A program made the translations under genes and the position numbers. From the human T2T-CHM13v2.0 reference genome, Homo sapiens, in NCBI RefSeq assembly GCF_009914755.1, contig NC_060934.1: a DNA stretch of 64,000 bases. One strand, given 5' to 3'. Below the pieces are notes generated by a model. It was not told the DNA's origin and made no database searches. It saw nothing but the letters and a program-made list of their open reading frames with translations. This document shows, one piece after another, positions 46,780-63,385 of the stretch (positions are counted from its first letter, which is position 1; each line of letters opens with the position of its first letter).

Positions 46780-47320
46780 GGGCAATCTCAGACATTTTCT
46801 CTCTCTCCAGACCTGGAGTCTCAACTGCCTAATTGACATCTCTGCTTGTATATTAATACTCCAGTATATTAATACGTCAGTATGTTTAAAACTTCCGGAT
46901 CTTTCCCTACCAAACCTAAACCGCTTTCACTCTTCCCTGTCTCAGGGAATGCCACCACCATATATCAGAGAGCCAGTAAGAACCACATCTTTCTCATCCT
47001 TGACATAGCTCTATTCCTTTCTCCATAGCTAAGTCCATTTCAAAGTTCCATCAGTTTTACAGCGTCGAATCGATTCTCTTTTCTCCATCCCCACTGCTAC
47101 CATTCCAGTCCAAGATACTGTCATTTCTTCCACTGATTGTTATAGTACCTTCCTGCACCCAACATCCTCCTTCAATTTATTCTTCACCCCACAGCCAGAA
47201 ACATGTTTTCTAAATTCAGATTTTATCATTTTAATACCAGTGCCTTCTCTTCGAAAGCCTTTGATGACTTTTCACTGCTATAGGATACAGACCAAAATCC
47301 TAAACCACACTTAAAACTTC
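46780..47320 (+). mobile_element. L2 fragment
   Basis: ctccatccccactgctaccattccagtccaag and cacagccaga L2 motifs. Confidence 0.6.
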
Positions 47321-47388
47321 CAGTATGGTCATGGTTGACATGGACCCTTTCTATAACTTCCACACCGACTTCTCTCCCCACCCCACTA

Positions 47389-48005
<617 letters not shown>

Positions 48006-48249
48006 CTCTTCTTTTCTTTGGTACTCTAGCAATGCCCTTCTTTTTTTTGGTGAGACATGCACCCCAGGGACTGAACACCTGCTGGTGTACTTTTCTCCCT
48101 CTGCCATCACCCCATGTAGTCAGCTCCTGTTTCTTCTACAGATCTTTCAGACCTCAACTCCTCCATCGCTCTCAATGAAGCCCCTTCTATGCTGTCAGTC
48201 ATGGCCACATTTATTTTCTATGTCCTATTGCAGTTTTGGGTATGTTCCC

Positions 48250-48452
48250 TGTAGCGTGGGGCTTCTCAGCATGTATGCTGTGAGCTTGCTGGACTAGATG
48301 ATTCGTTGGTGTGGAGAGGGCTCCTGTGCTTTGTAAATGGCATCCCTGGCCTCTGCCCACTAGTTGCAAGTTGTGACAATCAAAAATGTCTCCAAACATT
48401 GCCAGATATCCCCTGGGGGGAAAAATTACTCCTGGTGGTTGAAAACCACAGG
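48250..48452. mobile_element. MER20-like hAT MITE
   Basis: gcatccctggcctctgcccactag...gttgtgacaatcaaaaatgtctccaaacattgccaga...ggttgaaaaccac. Confidence 0.75.
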
Positions 48453-48528
48453 TAGGCAGCTTCCTCTACTGCAGTCTGTGACGTGTGTTTTTCTCAAAAA
48501 CCTGAATACTTCAGAGAGCAGGAATAAT

Positions 48529-48968
48529 GGGGGGTGTGTGTGAGTGTGTGTTTGTGGGGGAGGGGCATGTGTATATATGTGAGTGGGGGTGAGGGTATGT
48601 GCATGACTGTATGTGTGGGTGTGGTGTGTGTTGGGTTGTATGTGTGGAAGTGTATGCGTGCGGTAGTTGTGTGTGGTAGGTGTGTATAGGGGTGTCGTGT
48701 ATGTGGGTGAGTGTGAGTGTATGTGTGTGTATGTGGTGTTTGAGTGTGAGTGTATGTGGGTGTGTGTGGAGGTGCATGTATGTGTGGGGGAAATGTGGGC
48801 GCATGTATGCGTGTGGGTATGTGTGTGGAAGTGTGTGTGTGGTGTGTGTGGAGGTATGTGCATTTGTGTGGAGGAGTGTGTGGGAGTGTGCGGGTATGTG
48901 TGGGGTGTGTGGGTGTGGTATATGTGAAGATGTGTGTATTTGTTTGGAGGGGTGTGTGTGTGTGTATG
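48529..48968. repeat. About 440-bp degenerate TG/GT-rich low-complexity repeat
   Basis: Read directly. It gives stop-free His/Thr and Cys/Val ORFs in all six frames. Confidence 0.9.
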
Positions 48969-49479
48969 CTGAATGAGAGAATGGTAAAAAAATACCCACC
49001 AGTGGGGAATAATGTCACTACTTGCTTCTAATCTTAAGTTCACTATTTTGTTTCCATCAAGAAGGAAATTTAAGAATCCCATTTATAATATCATTGAGTT
49101 TTAAAGCATCATAATTTTGATGTACAGTTCCTTAGAGAACAGTAGTCATGTGATGTATGCTTCTGATCCATGACTGAAAAGCTCCAGATCATGAGACTTC
49201 TTAAGGAGGGGACTCAACTTCTCTGATCTATACAGGTGGCCTAAAATCCATTAATATACTTCATGTAGTTATATGAGGACTTAGTATTAATTAGTTGGGG
49301 GTAAACTATACCTACACTATAACTAATATTTAAACTTGAAATGGAGATGGAATATAAAGTCTTTCTTAGATGTAACAGAAATGTACTGTATGATTTGATA
49401 AGGTATTTTCTAGCAGCTTCAAGTAACCAGTAAAAATGGTAGACATAAAGAAAGTAATAAATGAGAAAAAAGGAACAGG

Positions 49480-50380
49480 TATACAGAGGAAGTAACGCTT
49501 GATTCTAAATGGAAAAATTAGGAACGTCTTCCTAGAAAATATGATATTTGAACTGCTTTAAAAGATGCATAAGACTTTCCTAGATAAGAAAGAGCAGCAT
49601 CTGCAAAAGTCTTGGAATTAAAAGGGGTACAGTATATTCAAAGAAAGTCACTGGCTGGAAGGAGCACAGCATGTAGGCTCTGGAATGTTTCAGATGAGGT
49701 GGAAAGATTGGTAGGGGCTAGAATATGAACAGCTTTAAATGTTGAGCTTATAAAATTTGGACTTATGTATAGCAGACCATTATAAAGATTTACAAAGAAA
49801 ATGACATGGTTACATTTGTATTTCATAGAAATCTCTCTGGTTGAATGTGGAAGGTAGCCTAGAATGTGTGAGACTGGAAATATGAAGATTAATTAGGGAT
49901 CTGTTATAATAGTTTCCAGGAGAAATGATGAAAAGCATGATTCACGGCAGCAACACTAGGGGTGGAAGAAAGGGGGTAATTTCCAAAGACCATAGGAAGT
50001 AGAAATGCCATGATATTGGTAGTGGCGGCGAGAGAGAGAGAGGAGAGAGGGGGAGAGAGAGAGAGGGAGACAGACACAGACAGACAGACTAGGAGGACTC
50101 TCAGAGTTCTAATTTGATTTTCCACATGAATTGCAAAGCCATTAACAAAGAGAGGATTTAGAAGGAACAGGTTTGAATGGACAAAGATGAGTTTGATTTT
50201 GGACATCCTGAGGTTAAGGTATTCAAGAACCTCTAGTTGGAGAAGTCAGAACTGGAACTCAGAAGAGAGATCAGAACCAGAGATAGATTTGAGTTACTAT
50301 GAGGGAGTGGTAACTGATGTTACGGGAATGGAAGAGGTACCTCAGAGGAAGGATATGAAGAAGAGAGGCAGACTCCTATC
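49480..50380 (-). mobile_element. L2 fragment containing a (GA)/(GACA) repeat at ~50030-50089
   Basis: gagtttgattttggacatcctgagg and aatctctctggttgaatgtggaagg are L2 antisense motifs. Confidence 0.6.
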
Positions 50381-52084
50381 ATGTATCACCAGGGAAAATT
50401 TCAGCTAAGGGGTGTCTTGTTCTAAGTCTTTTATCCGAAACTTTAATCACCTGAAGGATTTGTATTTTAAGATTCAGAAAGAGAAAGTAATGGAATTACT
50501 TTCATGTCCACTTGCATTGATTTATTTATTCTATTGGTATCAGAGAACTAGTGCAGAGATGCCTTAAAATAAGTACTCAGTTCTATTTACAGCTCTCTGT
50601 GAGTCAGGAAGTCACAACATCTTTGTAAATTTTGCAAGTCTTTGAGAACAGCCTTCATGATATGTGCTTTCAGACCACAGGCATATGGTGAGAGAGTTCT
50701 TGCCTTCCAAAAGCAGTGATTGAAAAATAGGAGGGTTTGAAAATGGGTTAGATAGGTTTTTGTACTGATTTAACATTAACGAATCCATTCTATTTTAATG
50801 ATTATCTTTATTTTATTCTCTTGAGAGTATACTTTGTCCATGGCTTTCCATGTGTATTCATTTCAGAACTTCTTGTATTTTATCTGGCATATGGTCCATT
50901 TGTGTTAACGGCTAGAAGTGCCATTATAGTCATTGTAATTGAGTAAACCAGAAACATTCTATTTAATTATTTCATGCTCAAATCAAGTTCTAACCTATTT
51001 GCTTATTGTGTTGGGTTACTATAAAAATGTGTCTGCCAAAACCAGTTGTAAGTAACTAGGTAATATGAATAGATTCTGATATGAATTGATCTGAATGTTT
51101 AACAGCAAATGATACAACAGTGTTTCTACATCAGCCGTAGGACAACTTTTTTGTATCTGTAGTAATATTTTAAATCGGCAGATAAGATAGGGAAGATTAA
51201 TCCAACAAGATCTCCTGTCAGTTTTAATACAGCAAATGGAATTTTGTTGCTTTATTTGTTTTTTATGGTTCCCTTTCAGATAAAGGCGTTATCTGAGGCC
51301 AGGAAAAAGTGACTTACAAGTTAAAAGGTTATAAAACATGATACTTTGAATTTAAACACAATTAAAATATATTGGCAATAATTCACTCATATCAATTGAA
51401 TTGAAGAATTCACTGAATGGCAAAATTGTTTATACCTAAGGAGGACAGAATTTAACAATAGATTTATAGATAATATTTTAAAAATAATTTTTATGTGCAG
51501 TGAGAAATGAGTACACATATATATTTTATTAGTTATGGTACATTTTACTGGATATAGCATGTTCTTGAAAGAATCGGGTTTAAATTGAATTTTTGATAGC
51601 TTTTAAAATAAACTAAATGAATATTAATATATTTTCCCAAAGACCCAGAACCAGTAAGTGGCAGAGCCAATATGGAAACTCAGGTCATAAAGACTGCAAA
51701 GCTTATACATTTAGTTACCACCTTATGTGTGGTGCTCTGTCTGAGTCTTTCATGGCATGTGGGTGGAGAATGCTGAGCTCGTTTCTGTTAGTTTCTCGTT
51801 CCTTTCCTTGCAGGGCTTTCTTTCATCTTTGCAAAGTGATCAGATAGGTGTAAATGAATAGGAAGCATGAAAATGTCATTGGCTTAAATGTGAGCTAATA
51901 AAATATGCAACTGAAGGAACAAATGGTAGAAATAGCAGAAAGTTGTGTAATGTGGGATTATTTGCTAGTTTATCCCTCTTTCATGATAAGTCTTGCAAAT
52001 TGGTGGCACTGACTTCATATATGTGAAGGTAATAAAGATCTATTGACTTTTTATCTTTAACCACTTTAATGTGGATTTTCAAAT

Positions 52085-53110
<1,026 letters not shown>

Positions 53111-53865
53111 AAGATTTTTCTTTGTGGCTTTATTCTGTCAAATACTTTTGTGAAATTAAATTATTCTATATTGTAAGGCAATACAAATGTATTTTATAGA
53201 GTTTGGAAAATATTGAAAATTTTAAGTAATAATGTAAAAAACACCTACAATTCTGAATTTTGGTGTTTAAAATATTTAATATGAAAATATTTTATAGTAT
53301 GTAAGTTATAATCAGACACTGTTTAGTCATTAAATGCATCCAAAAACCTTGAATTTTATGACATCATATTATTACACCAGATTGTATGATAATTCATTTT
53401 ACTATTTGTCTACTTTTTGGGATTTGGATTGTTTGTAATTTCCCTCCAATATGAATAATGCTGCGCATGAAGCTTTCCTATAATCAAATCTTATGTATGA
53501 TTCTGATTATTTCCTTTCAACAACTTCCTGCCAGATCATGATAATGATGTCTCATTTTCAGTCTTGATAGCTCTTATTTTTTTCTTACATCATTGGATTT
53601 TATGGAAATTCCAGAATAATGTAAAATTGCAATGTTAATATTGGGATTTATTATCCTTGTCTTATGCCTGCCTCACTACTAAGTAAGACTTGGGTGTTTG
53701 TTTATGGTAGAAGTTCTTTCTGCTAAGGAAGTGATTCTTATCAATGTTGCTTTCAACATTAATTCTAGTTGTGATAAGTGTGACACTCATGAAGTACCGT
53801 GTGCAGTGAGCACAAAACATGGGGAACATCACCCAATGTGGTTAGTTCAGAAAAGACTTTCCTAG

Positions 53866-54162
53866 GAGAGAGTAGAACAGTGGTTACCAGGGGTAGGAGG
53901 TGGGTACTGGAAGATGTTGGTCAAAGGAAATAAAATAGGAGGAAAAAGTTCAGGAAAGCTGTTGTACCAAATAGTGACTATAGTTAATAACAATGTATTG
54001 TATACTTGAACATCCCTGAGAGGAGATTTTAAGTGTTCTCACCACAAAAAATGTATGTGAGGTAATGGATATGCTAATTAGCTTGATTTAGCCCTTCCTC
54101 AATGTATACAGATATCAAAACTTGTTGTACATCATGAATTTTCCAATTAAAATTTTTAAAAA
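53866..54162 (+). mobile_element. Short L1MA 3'-end
   Basis: gagagtagaacagtggttaccag...gtgactatagttaataacaatgtattgtatacttgaa...aggtaatggatatgctaattagcttgatttagcc. Confidence 0.75.
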
Positions 54163-56301
54163 ATTTATCCCAATACACCCAGTTATAGAACGTGAATTTC
54201 TTATATATTGTATGTTTTTATAAAATAACGGTAAAATGTGACTTACTAAATGAAATAGAGCTAAGTAAACTGAGAAGCAAAACAAAATTTAATAAAAATG
54301 ATCAGAAAAAAAAAAACCTCCTCCCTGACACTGCCATGTCCACCACCTTGGCTAATACATGGGAGACATTCAGAAAAACAAAAAACTAAAACCACCTTCA
54401 TTGTGTGAAAAGTCAATGAAACTTAGACCTGAGGACTAAGCTGAAGTTAGCCAGGCCAGAGAGAGCAGGGAGGTGGAAATAGGCCAGGGTGAGGAACAAG
54501 AGGATCTCTGCAGCCCTATGGTGGGGAGCAGCTGCATGCATAAAACATGACCAGGTTGACAGAAGCCTAGTGAGCCAGGGGGGACCCAAGGCTGGAAGAG
54601 CTGAGGGGCAAGCCGGGGCTGTTCTGTGCTGAAGATGCTCTCCATCTTCAGGGATTCATGCCTTCTTTTTTCCTTTTTCACGTTTTTTTTTTTAACCTTA
54701 AATTTCACTTTGACAGATATTGGCATTGTGAGTTTTTTTCTTTTACATGATAAATCTTTAATTCCCTTTTCTGTAGACTTTACTTTTTCCATCTTCCCTT
54801 TCTTTTTACCTTCACTTATCTTGCTTCCTTATTCCGTAAAAATTTTTAAATGCTTACAGTATGCCAGACCCTAGAGACAATTTAGAGATCTCTACTCTTG
54901 ATTCTGGTAGTTAAATCATCTGTAAATAGACTCTACTTTGATTACATTTTGTTGGTTTTGACCTAAACTGAGATTGTCTGTCTCCTTGCACTCATTTCAT
55001 TAATTCCTCTCTTCCTTCCTTCTTCCCCTTCTTTGACTGGTAATAGGGACTTTTAGTTAATTACTGTTGTACAAAATTAGCACATAAAGACAAATATGAA
55101 GCAGAAAGTAAAAGCTCCTCTGTTTCCTCCCATTTCTATTTATCTTTTCCAAATCTGCCATCAAGAGTTAGATACATGCATGCATACTCATATCATGCCT
55201 TCATCTAATAAAGATTTTTAAGAATTATTTCTAAAAAATCCTTGGAACTTTTTGCCTGTCTATATATGTGTTTTTTTTTAATTTTTCAAATAGCTAAATA
55301 TCACATCATATGGATGAACCATATGTTATACTGTTTCCTATTAATGGATATTCCAACTGTTTCAACTTTTTCAACAGGTACTGTACCAGTGGTGCTTTGG
55401 TAAACATTCTTGTGCGTATATTTTTGTGCAGATATGCACACAAATCATGCTTAAATAGTGCTTTAAGATAAGCCCCCTAAATGTGAAGTTGCTGGTACAA
55501 TTAAGTATACACTTAAAATTTTCATAGACCCTTCAAAGTTGCCTACCCAAAGGATTCATCAATGTGTATTTCCATTAGCATGAAATTGCCCACTTCTTAG
55601 CATTTTAATCAGTGATTGACAGTATCAGTCTTTTTAACTTTTTTAATCAAATGGGTTTAAAATCAAATAGAATAATTTTAATTTGCATTTCCCAATTACT
55701 TGTGAGGAAGACAAGTTTTTCACACTTTTTACTTCTATTTGTATTTCTGCTTTGAATTCCCTGTTCACAGCAGGGCGTGGTTTCCTATTTCACACACGTT
55801 TTTATATTTCAGTAGAAGGTTAGTAAAAGCTGCTTCAGGAGCCACTATCCAGATACTATTTTAAAATGACAGCTTTACAAAATGGGATGTTGAAAGTGCT
55901 AGGGCAAAGTTGAGTAATACCAGTGTGTAATGTCAGTTCCATCCGTTTCTTTGGCCATATATTTTTTTTAACCTCTCTAATCCTCAGGCTTTTTCAATTA
56001 TAAAGCGCGTACCTACTATTTGTTGTGAGGGTTAAATGTGTTTTGTGGGGTTAATAAGTGTGAAGTGCTAGAATGATAGCTGGTACAAAAATGCAGCTGT
56101 TGTCATTATTGTTATCATTGTTGTTACTCATTACCACATTTATTACTAACATTTTGTTAGAGTGAGGAGGTCTCTTTCATGGAGAAAAATTCCCTTGAAT
56201 GGATGAACTAGCAATGCTGGATATACTTCTAGGTCCCCGTTTTACCCAGTAGAGTTGTTCTAGATGGATGTATCTCCCCATATTCTCCAAAATTGGCTTT
56301 T

Positions 56302-56642
<341 letters not shown>

Positions 56643-56979
56643 AAAATTGGCTTTTGTATTTTTGCAATTCATTCATTTATATCTCTTTTATAGTCTTAAA
56701 AATGTAGCCAAAAAAGAAACAGAAAAAACTACAGTAAATGGAGTATATTTGTGGCAGTGGAAGAGAGTTGCTGTTCTGGACCTTGAAGTGGCACCCACCC
56801 AGCATGTCATGGCACTTGTCACATCAGAAAAGCTGGACTTCCTTATTATACAAACTTTTGCTTCAATCAAAGAAATAGATAAAGGGAAGCAAATCTACTC
56901 ATATATCTTGTCTTCAACAAGGCCTTAGGGGTCTTACTGAGGCACAGACGTGTGGTAATTGTGGTTGGATGGACTTACT

Positions 56980-58594
56980 ATTTTAAATTTTGAAATATTT
57001 AATTGACAAAGATGGTATATATTCAAAGTGTACAACATAAGGATATGATATACATTGCTTATTAATTATCAAAACCAAATTAATTAACACATCCATCGCC
57101 ACCCATTCTGTATATTAGATCCTCAGAACTTATTCATCTTATAACTGAAAGTTTTTACTCTTTGATCAGTATCTCCCCACTTCCCCTGCCCTCTAGCCCC
57201 TGCAGCCACCATTCTACTCTCTGTTGCCATGAGTTCAACTTTCTTAGATTTCACATCTGAGTGAGATCATGCAGTATTTGTCTTTCTCTGTCTGGCTTAT
57301 TTCACTTAGCATGTCCTCCAGTTTTATCCATGTTGTCACAAATGACAGGATTTCCTGCTTTTTAAAGGCTGAATAGTATTCCATTGTGTACATACACCAC
57401 ATTTTCTATATCCATGTATCCGTGGATAGACTCTAAGGCTGATTTCATATCTTGGCTGTAGTAAATAATGCGCAGTGAACATGGGAGTGCAGATACCGCT
57501 TCGACATACTGATTTCATTTCCTTTGAATATATATCTGTTAGTGGGATTACTGGATCATACGATTATTCTATTTTTAATTTTTTGAGGAAACATCATACT
57601 GTTTTCCATAATGGCTATACTAATTTACATTCATCCCACCAGTATGCAAGGATTCCCCTTCCTCCATATCTTTTCTAATACTTGTTATTTCTTGTCTTTT
57701 TGATAATAGCCATTCTAACAGGTGTGAGGTGACATCTTATGGTAGTTTTATTTCTTGTATCTTTGTTTTTCTTCATTTCTCTGATGATTAGTGATGTTGA
57801 GCACATTTTCATATACCAGTTGGCTATTTGTATGTTTTCTTTTAAAAAATTAATATTCTTATTAATTCCAATTAATGAGTGGATTTCTGTGTATGTGTAT
57901 TATGTGATGTGAGATAAGGATCTGATTTCATTCTTCTGTTTGTGCATATCTCATTATCCCAATACAATTTACTGAAGAGACTGTTCATTTTCTATTTTGT
58001 GTTCTTGGCATCTTTATCAAAAATCAATTGACCATAAACATATAGATTTATTTCTGGGCTCTCAATTCTGTTCCATAGGTTTGCGTGTCTGGTTTTTATG
58101 CCAGTGCCATGCTGTTTTGATTACTATAGCTTTGTAGTATATTTTGAAGTCAAGTATTGTGATGCCTCCAACTTTGTTCTTTTGACTTGTAATTGCTTTA
58201 GCTGTTTTGGGGTCTTTTGTGGTTTACATGCATTTTTGGATTTTGTTTCTATTTCTGTGAACAATGTCATTGGAATTTTGATAGAGATTGCATTGAATCT
58301 GTAGATTACTTTGGGTAGTATGGATATTTTAACAGTATTAAATTTTTCAATTCATTAATATGGGATATCACATTAATTTGTGTTTTAATTTCTTTCATCA
58401 ATATCTTATAGTTTTTAATATACAGCTCTTTCACCTCCTTGGTTAAATTTATTTCCATATTTTCTTTTTAGGCTATTGAAAATGAGATTGTTTTATTAAT
58501 TTCTTTTTTAGATAGTTTGTTGTTGATGTATAGAGGCACAACTGATTTTTGTATGTTGATTTTGTATCCTACAACTTTACTGAATTCATTTATT
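56980..58594 (-). mobile_element. L1MA fragment
   Basis: Antisense 3'UTR and ORF2 C-terminal motifs (gtgagatcatgcagtatttgtctttc, ccatgctgttttgattactatagc). Confidence 0.8.
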
Positions 58595-61528
58595 CTTGAG
58601 GAAATGTAAATGCATAAATTGAAATAAAACCTTTTTGAAATGTGAATTCCTTCTTAAAAAATTATCTTCAACACAAGATTGGCAAGATGACGTTCCTTTT
58701 ATTACTAAAAGGAAATTCTATATCTCAGTTTCTGATTAAATGTTGATACTTTGGTTAGTTTCTATATGGGAACAGTCACAGTGACAGACGGTGATATTTG
58801 AGGACATGAGAAGGCTCACTGTGCCAACATGTCATTCTCTAACTTTCGGAGATAAAGATCTTTGCCTTTAGATTTTACATGTTGGCTATTTGGCTATTTT
58901 GTCTTCCAAGTCCGACCCGGAGGAGAAATGATTAAATTACTCTCAATTACTAACAGCCTAATTGAAATGTATTATATTCTTTTTCTTTATAAGACAGATT
59001 AAGGCGTGGAAGAAATTGAAAGTTATGGATTAGGAGGGATAAGGGAATTACTTTGAAATATGTGCCTTACTTGAAGAAGGCAAGCCTGGATGAGAGGACA
59101 GAAAAGGTGACACGAAGCTATTAGTTGTCTGAAATGGGAGGGCTAATGGCAGGAGAGTAACAGTAAAAACAGATGAAGGCATCTGTGAGAAAGGTAAAAG
59201 AACAGTGATTTCATTTACACCTGGGTCCTGTTCTGCCTCCACCCACCCTGTCTGCCTCGCCCATTTTTAATCCCTATGAAACCAAGATTAGTAGTATGTT
59301 AAACCAAATATAAACAGATAGTTTTTTCTACTTCTCCCATTTTCCTTCTCTTACTTTTTTATCCTCCTCCTTCTCCTTATAAGATTTGGACTGTTTAACT
59401 TATTCTCTAAATCATAGAAGAGACCATGTATTAAAAATGAAGAATTTCTTCTCCCCTTGAATATGCATCAACAGTATTGGATTTTTCCATTTCATCATTT
59501 ATTTAGTCAGTCAGTCACTCATTCATTTATTTAGTAAGGCAGTTGGTCAACAAAATTTTGGGAGTTCTGAAAAATACCAAAAGTTAAACATGAATATTTC
59601 ATAAAACCCACTTCTTTATTTCTAGCCTGTATATGTATTTTTCAGATATAGTTTGACTATGACATTGGTAAATTATTTATTATATTTCACCAGGATGGGG
59701 AACTTAAATAGAAAAGCAGGTTGGAAAAATTTAGTTTTTGACATCTTGAGTTTGAGGTGCCTCTGTATAGGTCATTCAGGTGGAAATATCTAATAAGCAA
59801 ATGAAAAATGAGTCTAAAGGTTAGAAAGAGGTTTAGTCTGAAGACATCTGTTTGGAGTTATTAGTTTAGAAAGTTTCAAAAAGCTTGTTACTTCCAGGAG
59901 ACTGATTTAGTAATAGTTCAGCTTTTGATAAGGTTAAACAGAATTGCTTTTAAAAAAATCTGTTATATTATAAAACTTTTTTTTCTAACGTTTGGTTTTA
60001 TAACATTGCCTTAATTTTTCAGTAATTCTCTACTGTCAGATTTCTGTATGTATTTAATTATTTCTCTTCTGTCTTTCGTGTCTTTCTGAGTTGATAGTCT
60101 GATCCTAATGTGTAAAATAATCTATGTTAGAGCAAAGGATTCATCACAGATAAGAAAGAAGACTAATTAAAACATCCATCAGTTAATGTGACCTTTATGA
60201 ATTCTGTACGGGTTAGTATTTATTATCTAGTTAAGACTTGTGAATTTATTATTTGAAAATCGTTACTTACTCATGTTCATGATAGAATATATGAGACTCT
60301 AAAATATCAAGATATGTAATTGCAACATATTAATAATTCGCTGATAAGCATAAAGACCAATGAAACAGCAGAATTTAGTGAAGCAAATGACTAAAACTGA
60401 CAACAAAAATGTAAACAGGATGTTAGCTAATTAATATTTTCCCCTCTTTTTTTACACTTTGTCCTTTGGCAGACAACTTTAAGAATGATACATTCAATGT
60501 GGACTAAATTTTATGATACCCATTTGGCAGTTCTTAATGCCCCCAAGTTTGAGGCAAATCGGAATCCAACTTGATCTATAAATGTTTATACCATTTTAGA
60601 GACTGAATTTTAAATTCCTGTTTTCATCATCTTTGCATCTAAATAACAATCGCTACCCTACAACCCTTTATAGTCTACCTTTGTTGCTTGCCTGTCAAAT
60701 ACAATACTGCTATTTTAAATTTCTGAACTGCTTCCTCTTCTTGCAAATAGGGGGCATCTGTTACACCTTATTAAATCATGTTTTTGTTCGTTTTCTTGCT
60801 GAAACGCTTATCACACTCTTTTGTATCCTTGTAAATGTCTTGTCAGAATCAAAAATTGTTGTGTTACATGTAGAGTGTAGCATAAGGAACATAACAAGTC
60901 CTGGAATGTTTAGGCTATCTCCAAATGTCAAACAAAACAGGAAATGTTTCTTTGTTTTACACTTTTTCTGGGCATTTCATACACTTCCAAGCATACTACA
61001 GAGGATAGACAGTGTGTTAAAGATAAACTTAACAGTTCTGAGAAATTCTCTTCCTATTACGACATTTTTCTCCTTTTTTTAGAAGACTGAGGCATTACTG
61101 ATGAGTTCTAGCAACCAGTTGATGGGCTGTTTTGCCTAGGTGTGAGCAGTAGAATTTTAAAGTAGTTACCTTGCAGAACACAGTTCTTGACATTTCAAAT
61201 TTTTAAAAAACCAGAAACTTCTAAGATTAAAAAGGTTCAAATGTTAAAGAAAAATTATTTACATCTGTTTTTACTTAGCAGTCAGGTGAAACTGAGGAAT
61301 GACTTGTGAAGTCTATTGAACTTCTCTAAATATAAAGTACATTTTATGTTTTTAAAAAAATGATGTCAAACTCACTAATATTTGAGTTTATCTCAGTGTA
61401 ACAAAGAGTGATGCTTTGAAAGGGTAATCAAGTATTTTCTCTCAATAGTGTCACATTTTTAAATATCTAATAATCTTTAGAGTTTAATTATTAAGATTTT
61501 TCATGGGGGGTCTTTGTTCCTTTAATAG

Positions 61529-61876
<348 letters not shown>

Positions 61877-63009
61877 TGTTAATAGCTTTTAATGAGTAGT
61901 AGAAGTCTAAGCAAATGCCATTGCTTGTTTCCATAATTTTATGTTACTTTATTTAAGAATGTACAATAACCCCTCAAGACAAGATCTCTTTATGTGATAT
62001 TTTTGACTGTATGACTTCTGTATGCTTTTTTTTTCATTTAGAGAATTTACTTAAGTGAAATATGAGTTACTCTATGTAGTAGTATTGGAAGAAAAAGGAA
62101 TTTGAAGGTCACAAATAGATTACAGAGAAGTAGCAGCTAATTTTGCATATTTTTACGGTGAAGCCATCGGAAAAATGAGGCCAAGTAAGGGCAAAGCCAT
62201 CCATATGTTAGGAATGTATTTGAAAGGCTTCTTAGCCAGAAAAGGGGTCTGAAAGATGAGGAGAAGGCTGATAACAAGTGTTTGGGTGCTAAGTTGCTTT
62301 TGATCATGAGCATGAGGGATAAGCTAAGTGAAGGGTATCCAAAACATTCCCTCTCATGCATCTAAGTTATTCTGCATCTCTGCAACTGCAGTGAGTCAGC
62401 AATTTTGTGATAGAAAATCAGATGAGACTAGAGGGGAATACATTTAAGTGTGCACATTATTTGAAACAAAGCAAAATGAATTGACAAGCATCTCATGTAA
62501 ATTTTGAAAACAAAACAACAACAAAAAATCACCATAGCCATGTAAAGTTTCTGCCCAGCAATATATGATAAATCATAATTAATAATGAATGACTTGTTAT
62601 TTCTAATTTCACATGTATATAAAATCATTAATTTTTTATTTAGTGTGTCATACTGTTTTAAATAACATCAAATTATGTATAAATCAATGTGAACTTTATT
62701 TTTTGATAAACTTACTCTTCAAAAAGGTCTTATTAAACTGTTCACCTATAAATTATGCTGTACGAAAAAATGGGCTTTCTTATGAAGTCTTAGAAGTTAG
62801 AAAGAATACCTACTTAAGGCAATATGAAATTTCTTTTAGTGTTTTAGTTAAGACCGTCAAGAATTTAAAATTGATTAGTAAATTTTTTATAATACCTGTA
62901 CCAAACCCTTACTTGAGATTTATTTTTAAGTAGTTTGGTAGTGTTACATGTTTTTGTTATTACATTATTACATATTCTGTTCTTGTTACTTTGGGTAAGA
63001 AAATCACTG

Positions 63010-63385
63010 AGGGTCAGATTGGATGCACAGAGGAAATCTCACTGATTTGGGAACCAGCAGCTATGGAAGACAGGACTGTTCTGGCACTGATCAGCCGAGT
63101 GAGCTTCACTTCTCTGCTGACTTCATTTCCTCTATCTGTACTTGAAAGATTCATGAAGAACTACTGTTGACTGAGCCCCTGCTCTGTGCCAGGCAGCATT
63201 ATTGCCAATCTCTGCAACAATATACACCTGGGCATTATGACTCCCATCTTATAAATGAAGAAACTGAGGCTCAAAGGTTGAACAACTTGCCCAAGATCTC
63301 ACAGCTAATAAATGGTTAATACCAAAGTTCCAGACCATGTAGTGATCAAATCTATGTGGTTTAATCCATCAGTTTGTAATTCTCT
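63010..63385. mobile_element. Two MIR fragments (+ then -)
   Basis: cttcatttcctctatctgta, then cccatcttataaatgaagaaactgaggctcaaaggtt. Confidence 0.6.

Noticed and set aside
48426-49082. His/Thr/Pro-rich ORFs of 162-218 aa and Cys/Val-rich ORFs on the other strand
   Set aside because: Artefacts of a TG low-complexity repeat that is open in all six frames.
60633-61082. 149-aa hydrophobic ORF in unique sequence
   Set aside because: No recognisable domain, TTG start, and composition typical of AT-rich intron.
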